Assembly: GCA_004022145.1 (NCBI GenBank)
Contig: RCNU01000001.1
DNA length: 64,000 nucleotides
Reading direction: 5' to 3' (one strand)
Source: Paecilomyces variotii
Lineage: Eukaryota
Shown here piece by piece: positions 12,343-26,516 of the stretch. The notes beneath the pieces are model-generated. The model did no database searches and was not told the origin of the DNA. It saw nothing but the letters and a program-made list of their open reading frames with translations. The translations under genes were made by a program, and so were the position numbers. How positions within the stretch are numbered: the first letter of the stretch is position 1; each line of letters opens with the position of its first letter.

Positions 12343-13137
12343 TTAAAAGGGTCTCGCAACTTTTCGCGGCTCACCCACTCCAGTGATAGGGTCTCTCATC
12401 TCCCTCCAACTGACGGGGAACATCATATTTCCAGCCTCGCTGCGCGCCATAACTATCCCAAGATCATTTCGAGCAGTTGTAAGATAATAGAAGCTCTGGT
12501 CACCCAGAGAGATGACTTTTCCACGCACAATGTCACCAACACGGAACATCTCCTCCATCACGACGCGGTCTTTCTCGACGGCACGGACGTCTTCCTTGCG
12601 AATAAGAGCTTGGAACCGTAATTCATCCGAGTTATTTTGATTCTCCAGATTGGCAGGCGAGGCTAATATAGAGGCAATATTGTCATTATCCGAAGCAGTT
12701 GCGGAAGGATGCGCATTCTCGGCGGTGGCAGTGTCGTCGAGAACGACGAGGATAGAGACGGTTGCTTGGCGCTTCTGGACTCGAGTGACGCGAGCCAGCA
12801 CGATCGAGTCCACCGCAGGTAGCGTATTGTACCTCAATTTCCCTTTCGAGGGAGCGCCCGTCGTGGGTGAAGACGTAGATGCGCCCGGTTTGACGCCGAA
12901 ACCGCTCACGCCGTTGACCTGGCTTCCTGTAGGGAGCGCGCTTCCGGTATAATTCCGCGACACAGTGATCAAGGATTTCGCCTTAGTTTTATCCTTGGCA
13001 GGATCTACCACCACAGGTCCTCCAATCGAGGCGCATATGAAAGCGTCTTGGATGTGCGTTCCTGGACCGGCTGCATAGGTGGATGTTGGTCCAAGCCGTT
13101 GGCCTGGAACCGCGAGAGACGGCAAAGCAGCAGACAT
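12343..13137 (-). CDS. CSL4: Exosome complex component Csl4
   Basis: MSAALPSLAVPGQRLG..GPGTH; LPAVDSIVLARVTRV; FQALIRKEDVRAVEKD..FRVGDIVRGKVISLGD..YYLTTARNDLG; EPRKVARPF end; intronless. Confidence 0.93.
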   Translation of the reverse strand: MSAALPSLAVPGQRLGPTSTYAAGPGTHIQDAFICASIGGPVVVDPAKDKTKAKSLITVSRNYTGSALPTGSQVNGVSGFGVKPGASTSSPTTGAPSKGKLRYNTLPAVDSIVLARVTRVQKRQATVSILVVLDDTATAENAHPSATASDNDNIASILASPANLENQNNSDELRFQALIRKEDVRAVEKDRVVMEEMFRVGDIVRGKVISLGDQSFYYLTTARNDLGIVMARSEAGNMMFPVSWREMRDPITGVGEPRKVARPF

Positions 13138-13746
13138 TGTGCTGGAGACACTGACACTCAGGATTATGACAAGCCCCAAGGAGAGGCCTTTGACGAGCCT
13201 CACACGTTCGGGATCTTGGGCAGACTTGCGAGAGAAGAAAAGAAAAGTCCCGGCGGAGTGGGGAGTGAAAGTATTCTTAGCGAGGGACTTCCGCTGTTAG
13301 TTACCGCCTTCCTGTCTAAGAGAGCTACAAGAAACATGATATACATACAAAAAGAGTTCCCCCGTCTCAAACTGTCGTGTTGATCAATGCCTGTAGCCAC
13401 ATTGGATATAAAATTAGATGCAGCGTCTTATAAATCACACAAGGTATCAGTGCTATTAAAGCTGTATAAGTAAATCTAGCATGATCAAAGCCGCTTATGC
13501 GGAGGTACAGAGGCAGTAACAGCTCCATATTGCTGGCCACGCAGCAACAGAATGAAAATCCCAAGTGAGAACCTCATCACACCAATGCTCGCTCATTACA
13601 ATAAAATGAGAATAACCACCAAAATCAATGCCCGTTAAACACCCTGCATCAATAGATAGACAATAGGAAAGCACGAAAAGCGAACGGAGTATGTTGACAG
13701 AGACAGCGGACGTAAAAAAAAAGACAGATACATAATGAACGCAGCT

Positions 13747-15787
13747 CTAACCCTCGACCAGAGTCTGCTTGGGACCCTGACCGAGCAATTCGAGACATCG
13801 GCGTGCCAGCGCGATGACCTCACCTTCACCATCTTCGGCGTCCTCGTCATCAGATTCGATATTCTTGTCGGATATGGCCTTGACCATCTGGACAATGTCT
13901 TCGGATTTCGAGATGTAGCCGATAAGTCTCTTGTCCTCGGACTCGAGCAGCTGGAGGAGAGTCCAGATAGCAATATGCTGGAACGTCGGATCACCGCTAG
14001 CGAGGAACCTGCTCAGGTAGCCGTGGATTCCGCCATTGGGATCCGCCCAGTCCCGAACAAAGATAGAGTAGTCACCGACTATAAAAGTCAGCATTGGAAC
14101 CGAAGAAGCTTATTGGCACAGATAGACTTACCTTTAGAAGATAGATTTCCCAACGCAGCAGCACTGTTTCCTTGTACCTCAATGCTTTCCGAAGCAGTTA
14201 GGGGGATCAAAACATCAAAAACACCCAAGTTCAGCAGATGCGACTTCAAGTCGTCGCTGAGAGCCAGAACCGCAATCGCGGCAGTCATCTCGGACTGAAC
14301 GCTCAGAGGAACCTGTAGAACCAGATCCTTGCACTTCTGCACCGCTCCAGCCTGAAGGACAAGCTCCTTGTTGCGGTCCGAACTAGCCGCAAGGTTGCGC
14401 AAGGTGGAGATAGCATGACACTGGATTTCTTCATTGTCTGTGGAGCCGAGAAGGTCGACAAGAGGCTTTAGGAAACCAGCCTCGATGATTGGAGATTCGT
14501 TGAGCGGGTGGATCGAGATGTTGCGAATGCAGGCGACAGCAGAGAGGATAAGGGGGAGATAGGAAGATTGAAGAAGCCGGAGCAGCGGTGGAAGACCCTT
14601 TGCTCTGACGATCTCAAGCTGATACTTCTCGTCGGAGGCGAGATTTCGCAAGGCCAGGGCTGCTTGGCACTGGACCTTGGGAGTAGAAGAGTCCATCAAT
14701 TGGACGAGTGACTGCACCAGGCGCGACTCGGTCTGTGCAAGCCGTTTGCGGTTGGCAGCGTCAACTGCGATGTTGCTAAGAGCGGTTGTGCAGTAATATT
14801 GAACGTCAACATCGGGGGACGAGAGCAATTGCACGAGCACTGGAATAGCACCGGCGTTGACAAGTTGTTGCCGGTTGTCATCTGCAGACAAAGTTAGCGC
14901 ATAGTAGCAAGAACTGACCGTACGAATCGGAGCATACCCGAATGTGTCATGTTCAACAGCGCGCCTGTAGCATTTCGCTGTACCCGCATATCCTTCGACT
15001 TTGCAAGTCGCGTCAACGGACCCAGGGCGCCCGAACGGGCGATCTTGGCTTTGTTGTCTTCATGCGTAGCCAAATTTGTGATGCATCCGACGGCGTTGCA
15101 TTGTACTTCCACATTGGGTGACATCATCTGTCGTATCAGGGGCGAAAGACCTCCAAGGGCCACGATCAAGACCTTGTTCTCCGCTACTCCATGTCAATAA
15201 CTGCCTTCCTCACGCGCAGGGTTCGGGACGTACTGTTCACCGCCAAGTTACCCAGGGCAGCACTAGCTGCCCGTTGGACTTCGATGTCGGGGCTCTGCAG
15301 CAAGAAAAGGATCGGTTCGAGGGTATCTCTGTCGACTTCGCGGACATCTGTAACGAACAAACAATGGTCAATGAGGTCGACGACGCGTGGTCCAGAGCAC
15401 TCCGTAGGAGTAACGAACCTCGCTCAGTGATCTCTGCAAATGTCAAAGCAGCACTACGCTGTAGATCCACGTTATCTGAATAGACCAGCGTACTCAGCGC
15501 CCGCAGTGGTTCGCCGGAGAAGAAATCAGTTTCAGCACGCTACAGTAGCCATTGTCAGCAAAGGGAAGGGCAGAGTCGAGATGGAAACAGAAGGGATGAG
15601 ACCATCAACATACATTCTCCAGATACTGCAGCAAGTCTGCGACAGCCTCCCGCTCACTGTCGGCCAGGGTTGTCTCATAGATTCCATCCCTCGAGCGACC
15701 TTTGACGGAACCCAGGCAGGCAGTGATATGGCACCACCGGTCGATGGCCGCCAGACAGGCCAAACAAGCGTTTCCTATTTCACCCAT
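13747..15787 (-). CDS. VAC8: Vacuolar armadillo-repeat protein Vac8
   Basis: Cys-rich N-terminus, [14 protein letters not shown], successive ARM repeats ([42 protein letters not shown]), [12 protein letters not shown]; multi-exon. Confidence 0.95.
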
Positions 15788-16105
15788 GCCTGCATGCAGT
15801 CCCGGAGGACCAGAAGGCGGACCAGCGACCGTTGGGAGCGATAGAAGTTGAGATCCAGGAAGGTCGGATGGTGGAAGGACAGCTTGGGGCGGGACGGAGA
15901 TCGAGGGCCGGGAATTCAACAGGAAACGGGACGCGAGTTTAGGATCGATTGGTGACGAGACAGAGCGAGACGATCCGCATATAGGGCCGGTGGGACATGG
16001 ACCGTCGCGTGATAGGAAGCACGACTGGCTGTCAGGGTTGTGGGAGAGATCGATTGAGGAGCGGGGGAGAGTTGGATTCTAGGGTGTTCTTGTGATTCCA
16101 ATCGA

Positions 16106-16173
16106 GGTGGTTGGTGGTGGTGGTGGTGGTGGTTGTAGTAGTAGTGGTGGTAGTAACTACTGGTAGTGGTGGT
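16106..16173. repeat. Compound (GGT)n/(GTA)n microsatellite upstream of VAC8
   Basis: ggtggttggtggtggtggtggtggtggttgtagtagtagtggtggtagt... Confidence 0.85.
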
Positions 16174-18048
16174 CTAGAGGAGGAATACTAAGTTACCTTC
16201 ATGTTAGTTAATTAATTACTAACCTAACAGGCCATCCAACAGTGTGCCTTGGGACCTCGTCCGCCAGGCTGCATGTACGACGATGTTAGGGCCTGAGAGC
16301 TGTTCTGTCTGCCACTCCCATAATAATAATATATATGTATTGTATGCTTGCTCCCTTCCTGATCCCAAATATCTAACTAGATACTGCTGGAGCTCTTGCT
16401 GGAAGCTGGAAGCTCGGCCCAGCAACGGGTCTTTCTTACATAAGGTTAGATAGAAGCCCGCAACAACATCAACGCTCGTTGCGCATTGTTGCTAAATAAC
16501 TAATTAAATAACGACCGACTAGCTATCTAACTTGCTTGGGTTAAAGAGCTGATTTCCTGCTCTGTCTTCTGATCTGCGATCTCCTCATCTAACAGCCGTG
16601 GTCGGCGGTTATAGGTCACTAATTCCCCTGCCAGCACGACCGATGCCAGTGTCATGTACAGAAAAACGCAGTCGAGCTGAAACTGCCATGGACGTCACAA
16701 CTATTAACTACCCCTTTTAAGATCTGATGCTGGAAGATACTACAAGTCTACGACTAATACATGTAGTGTAGGAGTAACTGCTAACTGCACGCACACGCCA
16801 GCTGAATAACGGCCACAGATTCATCTCGCACGGCCGTTCTTAAGTACTGGCCATGATTGATTGATTTTTTGCGGCGCGGGTGATAGGCAATCGCTACGGC
16901 TTCTCGAGTGGTCAATGATCGGCGTCAAATGAAATGCAGGACGCCTGTCGCGGTTGGATCGAGCTAGATAGATATTAGTATTATACTATTATGGTGATAT
17001 TATTATGATTATTACTCTCCGTACTCCCGTCGACTGTCTTCCGCTTCCGCTTCCAATATTCGAATTTCGCTGCCTGTCGGGAATCGGCGCTTAGCTGTCT
17101 CCGACAGCCGTGATTTAATATTATTATTGTTACTCCGTATTCACCGCACGTTCGCTGCGCATTGGCTTCGTTCGTGCCTGGACGTGTCATCTCGCAGCGT
17201 CCTCGACCTTAGAATCATATACATACTTTCCCGGATGCCGGATGGTTGATCGGCCTTTTGAAAGAAGGTTCCTCGGATTTTCGTGGCTGCCTGGGACGCG
17301 GAGCAACTAGAGTAATTAATTATATCGTATCTATTTTGGGTGTTTGTTGATCGATTAGAGGAACCATGGCTCATAGATAATAAAAGTCCTGTTAGTTAGA
17401 TAGTTAACTTAACCAATATTATTATAAATAAATCAATACATAAATACCTAAAGCTGTCCCCTCAAAACGCAACTGTCACAGCGCTGTGCCAAAACCAAAC
17501 GGACGGGACCGGACCAAAATCGTACGAGACCATCACGAAATCTTGTCAAAGTCCGCTTCGGGGTCAACCGTAGCTCCGTCCGGCCTTTTTTGCCTCATCG
17601 ACGACTTGCTTTGCTTGGGGGACATTATTATTCCAGCTGCTGTCCCCAGAACCTCCTCGGCATCTTCAGCATCTTCAGCCCAATTGAACTTGCGTTCTTC
17701 TCTTCCGGGGTTCGCCGCAGAAGCACTGACGCTCTTGTTCGCTGCAATCACCTCTTGACTCTTTCTGGGCCCACCGGGTTCATTATTCGAATGCGTCTAC
17801 TAAGATTGATATCGCCTCCTGTTGCCTCCTCATCTCTAACCGGGTTCGAAACCTTTGCGCTTTCACGACACCCGTCCGAGACAGCTCCTATGAGGGCACA
17901 GCTCCTGAGGCTGCACAATTATCCCCGATAAACGAACTGATAACGGACCCCGCATCTTCTGCAGAACGCCGCCTGATCTAATACGCTTGCTTTCGCCATC
18001 GGATACATTTTTTTTTAAACCACGATCACATAAGCAATACTGGGAAGA

Positions 18049-21000
18049 ATGGAGGGTTTCGGGGACGATCCAGATGGCATGGGATTTGAGATGCCCATGC
18101 TGATGAACCAGCCGCCCCAGATCTTCGGCGCATACAACCCAGATCGCTCGCCCGTGCCTCCGTCTCTTTCTGGACCTCTTTTCCACGATGACCCAAATAT
18201 GCATACAGGCGATGAGAGTAACGATGCGAAGAGGAGAAGGATAGCTAGGGTGAGACGGTCATGTTGATGGAGACTGTCCAATCCGCATACTGACCGACAT
18301 TCTGTATAGGCGTGCGATATGTGCCGCAAGAAGAAGATCAAATGCGACGGGAAAATGCCAAAATGTTCGCATTGCATCAACTACAAGACAGAATGTGTTT
18401 TCACACAGGTGGAGAAGAAGAGGAATCCTCCTAAGGGGTATGGTTCTTATACCCCCCGATCTCATGCGTGTGGCTAAGATAATGACATTGTTGGATAGGG
18501 CCAAGTATATCGAGGGTTTAGAGAACCGCCTGGGCAGGATGGAAACTCTTCTGAGATTGTCCGGGCTGTTGGGAGAAGACGATGCTGGCAAAACAGACCT
18601 TGGCACGTTAGAAAAGCGCCTCGCAGACCGGTCCTTTGCCCAAGGCAAAGCGATGAGAAACTTGAATCGATCCGGTTCTGTGGGTGCAGCTGCGGCGCCT
18701 CAAGCATCTGGATCGCATCAGTCCACCCCGCGCATGGAGAGCCAGTCTAGTCCGCGAAATTCGGTCGCGTCACCGTCGTCCCAGAAAGAGTCCGAAACGG
18801 AAGTTGAGGCGCTCTCTGATATGATGTGTTCTCTTGTTACGAATAACTGCGGAGAGACGCGCTATATTGGTACGTGGCATCAAACATTCTCTAACGAGTA
18901 TAAACTTATGCAGTCATCAACAGGTTCCTCCTCCGGATTCTCGATATTTTCGCCCAAGGGCATCCAATGGGTCAACGAGAAGACCGGCGATTCTTCCTTC
19001 CAGGACATGATTTCTTCTGCGTACGTAGACGATAACAAATGGATATACTGGAAGCCGGAGATCTTCAGTGATATATTCGCCCGTCGTGTCTTCAAGCCAT
19101 TACCGCCGAAGGATGAAGCCTTATCCCTGTTCAGGGACTATTTTGACAACTTCAACTGCATGTTTCCGCTATTTCACGAACCTACATTTATGCACCTAGC
19201 TGAACGGCAGTACTCGCGCGACCCGTACGAAGGATCTGGGTGGTGGGCAAGCATCAATGTCGTCCTGGCGATCGCACATCGACTTCGGGTTATGAGTAAC
19301 CTGGTACCTCAGGAGGAGGATAAAAAGGCTTGGCTTTACCTGAAGAATGCCATGGGAGTCTTGACAGAGCTTACAATGAGGAATACGGACTTACTGAGTG
19401 TCCAGGCCTTGTTGGGAATGGTAAGATTTTTGTTTGGCTAACCAGGTCTCTTCATTGTATCCTGACGTGTGTCCAGTCCCTATTTCTGCAAGGAACTCCT
19501 AATCCGCAGCCCTCCTTCTTCCTCGTGGCGGCAGCAATTCGACTTTCTCACAGCATCGGCCTTCATAAACGGGGTTCTGGCTTTGGCTTGAACCCGGTTG
19601 AGGTGGAGCAGCGCAAGAGGGTATTCTGGATCGCTTACCTTCTTGACAAAGAGTACGTGTGCGCGTCTCCCGACCAAGCTTTTTTCGTTATTGACTGGTC
19701 GAATATAGTATATGTTTGCGTTCCGGTCGACCCCCGGTACAAGACGACGATGACATGAATGTCGAGCTTCCCAGCGAAGATCCTCCAGACAACATCGGTA
19801 ATATCCCGCTGTCTGACGGCAAAGGAAAATTCAACCTATTCAGAGCGATGTGCACATTTGCCACTATCGAGAGTAAGGTGTATAAGCGGTTATACTCCAC
19901 GAGAGCAGCGAAACAATCTGATGGAGAGCTCTTAAATACAATTGGGGAGCTAGATAGAGAGCTCGAAGAGTGGAAAGAGAGCATCCCCTTGGATTTCCGG
20001 CCCGAGTACGAGATCAAGGCATCCCATACTCCGTTGATTCTCCATCTCGTTGTCCTCCATTTCTCCTATTACAACTGTCTTACAACCATCCATCGGATGT
20101 CGGTTCATCATGGATACTGGACCAGCAGGCTCTCCAACTACGCCATACAAGGTCTGAATGCCCGGCCACTCAACCCCAGGGTCTTCTCGTCAGCAGTGCT
20201 CTGCGTTGCCGCAGCGCGAGCATCGATAAATCTGATCAAATACATTCCACAAGGAGATTTTGCCTGCGTATGGTAAGTGTGGCACACATATAAGAAAAAT
20301 AGAGATAGCAGCTTGCTAACACGAGTAACAGGTTGATTCTGTATTATCCTGTCTCAGCGCTGGTTACTCTCTTTGCCAACATCCTCCAGAATCCCCAGGA
20401 TGCTCGAGCTCGCTCTGACGTCAAGTTGATGAACTTGGTCGTCAACTTCTTGTCGATGTTGGTTTCAGATGAGTCGAATGGCAGCGTGAAGCGCATGCTT
20501 AGTGTCTGTGCTGAGTTCGAACGAATTGCAAAAGTCGCGCTTGACAAAGCAGAGAAAGAGTCACACACGAAAAGAAAACGCAAGGTCGGCCCGGAGGAGA
20601 AGGATTCCCAATCTCAGCCCAGTGCGGCAGAGCCCCAGACACCGACTTCCTCAAGGCCTTCCGAAGCAGCGCAGACTTCCTTTTCACCTACATCTCTTGA
20701 CAACACTAATCCGAGTGCTTTCAATCGGATGAACAATGGCATAAGCTCTCCGTCTGCCAATCCTGTAAACGGCGGTGTCCCTCGCGGATCGAACGGCGAT
20801 GACACCTCGAACATGCCGAATTTCAGTCAAGAGTTCCAGGACATGCTCAGCCCTAACGGCCTGGGACAGGTTGGATTTAATGATCAGCAGCCGTTCTCAA
20901 CCTCTTCCACGGCAGGGATGAATGTTCCCTCCTTCCAACAACCGTTTGTCCCCCAGGACCTATGGCAGATGCCTATGACTCTCGAATGGGACTGGGCGGA

Positions 21001-21073
21001 TATGGCCAATACTAATTTTCCTATATTTGAGAATGGAGATGGACCAGGTGGCCCGCAAGGAAATGGGCCATGA
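18049..21073 (+). CDS. atrR: Zn(II)2Cys6 transcription factor AtrR (ABC-transporter and cyp51 regulator)
   Basis: [78 protein letters not shown] matches my recollection of Aspergillus AtrR; fungal TF middle-homology domain; [16 protein letters not shown] tail. Confidence 0.88.
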
Positions 21074-21759
21074 TCACGATGATATGAAACACTGACGACA
21101 ATATTACCGGATTTGCGTATGGGAGTCAATCGGACGGTTTCCGGCGGTGATCACAGGAGTTCAAAAGGGACAAAAAGCAACATCTTATTTCTGGAAGTAC
21201 TGACTAATCACTGCTACCCCCCTCTAACTAGTTGACATTAGGCGACATTGCTGTGAGCATGATTTCATTTAGCTTTGCGTAGATAGGTAGCTACTCCTTG
21301 GTCTTCTGTTGAAGCCATCTGCGTTCGCGCTGTCGCAGCGAGCGACTTGTATCAGTAGTAATATGTTATTACCACGGCAATGCCAAACTATGGAGATCTG
21401 CTCTTTGGATGTAAATTCAAGATCGTCCTGCCAACTCGCTGTTGAACAGTTCGCTGGGATTCTAGACGCGCATTGCTTGCTAAAGCGATTCCGTGGCGTT
21501 GGGCCGATGAGTCAGCCGGCCGCCGGAAACACCGAAAAATCAGCCCCGGCAAGTCGATAATAATTACTCCACTGGCTGCAACTGGCGGGCAAACGAACGT
21601 CAGTAACAATCAATAGCTTCCAGGAAGCTCTCATCCTCTCCCATCCCCCTCCCTGTCTTCTCTTCGATGCAATACTCTATGGGTTCTGCAATTAGCACCC
21701 GTTACTGATTGTTCTACGACCTTTCAATATACCGCTAGCCTCCGGGCTCACCCTCGACC

Positions 21760-24512
21760 ATGGCCACCTTTCTCCGACGGCCAGGCAACCTTGCTCGATA
21801 CTCGAGGAGAGCTGCAGAGTGCTTGAACCGTTCGAGACCGCTATCTGCGAACCTTTTACAATCGCAACTCGCATCATTCATCCGAGCGCGCCAGATTCGA
21901 TCATACGCGACGGCCAATTCGGGCGGTCCGAAGCCTCCGAACGAGAATGAAGACCACAAGAACGCGGCCAGCAGCTCAGATGGCCAATCGAAAGGGCCCG
22001 CGGGCTCTTCGCCCGGACCTTCGGGGGGAAACAACGGAGATGGGAAGAAACCAGGTGAACCCCAGGTGAAGGTGAGCGAGGAGGAAGCAAAGGAGATTGA
22101 CCGCATCATCGACTTCATGAAGGACAAGATGCCTCCATCCCAACATCAGACGATGGAGGACCTCCGGGTTATCTTCAAGCAGGATGGCATGCCGCAGGAT
22201 CTCAAGGACATAATCGGATCGCGTATGGACTCGGACAAGCCATTGAGTCTCGGGGAGTTCGCCGCTCTTGCCCGTATAATGACGAAGCATTCGTTCGAAA
22301 TCGCAGGGAAACTCGAGAAAATGAACCGGCATAAGGAAAAGGGCGACGACGAAGCTACGGCGGCCAAGAAGGCATCAGAAGAGCAACAGCAGGATCAACA
22401 ACAGCGACAACAGAAGGGAGGCAAGGACCAAAAGCCTCCGAACCCCCGCATTTTCGAGTTCAAGTTTGACCCTGCCAACTTCTTGATCACGGCTTTCCTG
22501 TCATACTACGTCTACCGAAGTATCTTCCCGGGTGAGAGCAGCCGGGATATCACTTGGCAGGAGTTCCGCACGACCTTCTTCGACAAGGGTCTTGTCGAGA
22601 AGCTTACAGTCATCAACCGCAACCGAGTACGCGTTGAACTGAACCGCGAAGCTGTCCAGAGGCTCTACCCCGATTCACCGGCGGCTCAACCGAACTTCCA
22701 TTACTATTTCACCATCGGCTCTGTAGAGGCATTTGAGCGTAAGCTGGAAGATGCACACAATGAGCTTGGAATCCCCAACCACGAACGGATTCCTGTTGCC
22801 TATGTTGATGAAGTGCCGTGGCTTGCAACTGCATTGTCATTTGGACCCACGCTGCTTTTGATCGGTTCTTTCTTCTGGCTCTCGAGGCGCGCCGCCGGCG
22901 GTGCAGGTGGACAGAGTGGGATCTTTGGTATCGGAAAGAGCCGTGCCAGACGCTTCAACCACGAGACGGATATCAAGATCAAGTTTGCCGATGTGGCGGG
23001 TATGGACGAGGCCAAGGTTGAAATCATGGAGTTCGTTAGCTTCCTCAAACAGCCTGAGCGATTCCAGAAACTTGGTGCGAAGATCCCGCGTGGTGCTATC
23101 CTGTCAGGTCCCCCTGGTACTGGTAAGACCTTGCTAGCAAAGGCAACTGCCGGAGAGTCCGGTGTTCCTTTCTTCAGCGTCAGTGGTTCTGAGTTCGTCG
23201 AGATGTTCGTCGGTGTTGGTCCCTCGCGTGTCCGTGATCTGTTCGCAAACGCAAGGAAAAACACCCCCTGTATCATCTTCATTGATGAGATCGACGCTAT
23301 CGGTAAATCCAGAGCCAAGCAAAGCTTCGGCGGCGGTAACGACGAGCGTGAGAGTACCCTGAATCAGATCCTTACCGAAATGGACGGCTTCAACACTAGT
23401 GATCAGGTCGTTGTCCTTGCTGGTACCAACAGACCCGATGTGCTGGACAAGGCTTTGATGCGACCTGGACGATTCGACCGACATATCGCCATTGACCGAC
23501 CAACCATGGACGGACGGAAGCAGATCTTCCGTGTCCACTTGAAGAAGATCGTCACGAATGAGGATATGGATTACTTGTGCGGTAGACTTGCGGCGTTGAC
23601 CCCTGGTTTTGCTGGTGCTGATATCGCAAACTGTGTTAACGAGGCGGCTTTGGTTGGTAAGTTATTTTCAAACATTTATCGTATATATTATACTAAGTAG
23701 TCCTGTTACTAACGTGTCTTGTAGCGGCACGTGAGGGTGCTGACCGTGTTGTCATGAGGCACTTTGAACAGGCCATTGAGCGTGTCATTGGAGGTCTTGA
23801 GAAGAAGTCTCTGGTGCTTTCTCCCGAAGAGAAACGTACTGTTGCGTACCACGAAGCTGGACATGCCATCTGCGGTTGGTATTTCCGCTGGGCCGACCCT
23901 CTCCTTAAGGTCTCTATCATCCCTCGTGGCCAGGGAGCTCTGGGTTATGCCCAGTACCTACCCGCGGGAGGCGATACTTACCTCATGAATGTCAATCAGC
24001 TTATGGACCGGATGGCTATGACGCTGGGTGGCCGTGTCAGTGAAGAACTTCACTTCCCCACCGTGACGAGCGGTGCCAGTGACGACTTCAACAAGGTCAC
24101 CCGCATGGCTACGGCAATGGTCACCAAGTTCGGAATGTCCAACAAGGTCGGTTACGTGTATTACGAGGAAGACCAGAACCAGCTGCACAAGCCGTTCTCC
24201 GAGGAGACGGCGCGTAACATTGATGCCGAGGTCCGCCGCATTGTCGACGAGGCCTACAAGCAGTGCCGTGAGCTCCTTACCGAGAAGAAGAAGGAGGTCG
24301 GTATCGTCGCCGAGGAACTTCTGTCCAAGGAGGTCCTCAGCCGCGATGACCTTGTTCGACTTCTCGGACCCCGTCCCTGGCCTGAATCAGGCGAGTTCGC
24401 CAAGTACTTCGATGCCAGCCATGGACAGACGATCGCGCCCCCGGAGCCACCAGCGTCTCGCGAAGAGACAGAAGGAAAGGACGGACGGGATCAGACGCCC
24501 AACCCTATCTAA
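21760..24512 (+). CDS. Mitochondrial m-AAA metalloprotease (Yta12/Afg3/paraplegin family)
   Basis: Presequence, two TM segments, GPPGTGKT Walker A, FIDEID Walker B, SRH, HEAGH zinc motif; one intron near 23657-23723. Confidence 0.95.
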
Positions 24513-25356
24513 AGCACGTATACCAATGTTTTTGTCCTGTACTTTCGCGGAGCATCTCTCCTCATCTTGACTTTTTCCATTCGACACCCTGCCATAAATA
24601 TTGGAAGTCTACTATCATCTTCCTTTTGCTCCTCGAATCTTGAACCCTCTCACACAGTACTGTAAAGTAGTCATCCACCTATCTATCTATCTATCTCCTT
24701 TTACGAATAATCAACCGAGATCTGATTTCAAAACTGAGTTACAAAAAACTGAGCGAAGCTGTGTGGTTGATGCATGAAGTATTGGCCACACATCTAGCTT
24801 TGTCTTTTTATTCTCTTCGTTTTCCTCTTTTTTTGCATATTTAGATTTCACTATGAGCTTACATCCTCTTTCTGCTTGGATGTTCCAGGTGGCCTTTGCA
24901 TCTATACGCGCAAATGTATTCTATATTTCACTCCACTCTTGCCTTCATCTCGGACCTGGTAGCTGTTGTGGTTGCTGTCTGAGTGAGGTTTCAATTGCGT
25001 GGGATCATTTACTGCGCGACATTGTATATCAGCAATGGCGTGGTGAGGATGGTATGCATGGCATTGAAAAACAGTATTAGCTAGATGAATGCCATGAAAT
25101 GTCTGATAAGATATCCGAAAGTAGGTACCATAAAGTAAATCAGGAAGTCGTAGTAAACGTCCTACTCCTGGCTGGGTAAATAGTCAAGATATATAAAGTC
25201 CATTTTGTAGTAAAGAGGAGGAGAGATGGTATCAAGACACATTATATGTGTAGCTGAATAATCATGGCACAAAAAGCTAATTAGATCTTGGAAAATATAT
25301 CAAACTATTCCAGCATCTTGGAAAATTCCCTCTCCCATTTCTCTTTTCTTTCCCGT

Positions 25357-26516
25357 CTACTTGCTCTTCCGGTTCTCATTGTCTGTTTCGGTGCTATTCC
25401 TCTTGCTTTTGGGGGCTCGTTTTGAACCTCTGGGCTCGACGGACAGACGGGGAATGAATCTTCCAACGCGAGCTTGGTAATCCTTGTACTCGGGGTACTT
25501 GTTCGCGCTGATTTCTTCCGTCAGGTTCGTGCTGCCCTGGAAGAGCAGCAGGTAGGATAGGGCGCCCGCGCCACTCCAGTTCACATACGTCTGCGTGCAG
25601 TAGCAATCCCACAGGTAAAGCGTGAGCCAGATAGCCTGCTCAGCAGCAAAGTTCGGGTGACGGCACAGAGACCACAAGCCAGACACGACGAAGCCCCGGT
25701 CCAGATCCTCCGCCGTGAACTGACTCTTGTACTCGTCAGGCACGCGCGCCGTTTGCTGGTATGACTTTTTCGCCTGGTGGAACTTCCACTGTTGCTGGTC
25801 TGCAAAGAATTCTATGATGACGAAGAAGATGAGCACGCGGGAAAAGACGAGGTCGGGGATGCCGAACGTGCTGCCTTCGGGAAGGCGGGAGAGGACAATG
25901 AAGACGTAAGACGGGGCAGTGATCAAGTTGAGCAGAACAGACTGCACGAGGGAGATGAAGAGGACGTTGAAGAGGAACCAGACAAAGCGGCTGGGTACGC
26001 GAGCGCGAACGATTTCCCAACGGTAGTCTTCTGATCCGATCTTGTAGCCGCCTTTGCGCCAGTAGTTGAAGGTCAATCGAACCTGTCATGAGTTAGTGGA
26101 TGAGTGCCGAAGAGTGCGCGCACTGAAGGCTCGATAGATGTGATACTTACACTCCAGATCAAGCTGAAGATTGCAACGGTCTTCACTTTCTCCGTGGGAA
26201 GCCCCGCCAAATGCGCCCAAAGCGCGTAATGGACATTGTAGATCGAGGGCAGGATACTCCACAACCTGTCCACCTGGGAGTAGTTGCGGTTGAGCTCGGA
26301 TACGATCACCAAGATCGGGACCAGAGCAAGCGTGAATGCGATCGCGGTGACGAAAGGATTGGTTGCGAGATAGACCTCTTGCAGGCTCTCCCAGTCGGAG
26401 CCAACTTCGATGAGCGTCTTTGGCAGCGAGAGAAGCTGCGGGACGAAGGGCCAAACGGTTCGACCAAACTCAGCAGCTTCAGAGACTGACACGATAGCGG
26501 GGAGTGGAAGCACCAT
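25357..26516 (-). CDS. DUF1295 membrane protein (steroid 5-alpha-reductase-like)
   Basis: NYSQVDRLWSILP, GYKIGSEDYRW, ADQQQWKF, GLWSLCRHPNFAAEQ, KYPEYKDYQARV motifs; one intron. Confidence 0.88.

Noticed and set aside
13138-13203. Hydrophobic N-terminal extension of Csl4 in the ORF track
   Set aside because: It starts at a GTG; the ATG at 13137 gives the normal family N-terminus.
16800-17600. Autoregulatory AtrR response element (CGG-N12-CCG) in the atrR promoter
   Set aside because: The region has many CGG/CCG triplets, but by eye I found only N13 (17085-17103) and N14 spacings, no exact N12 site.
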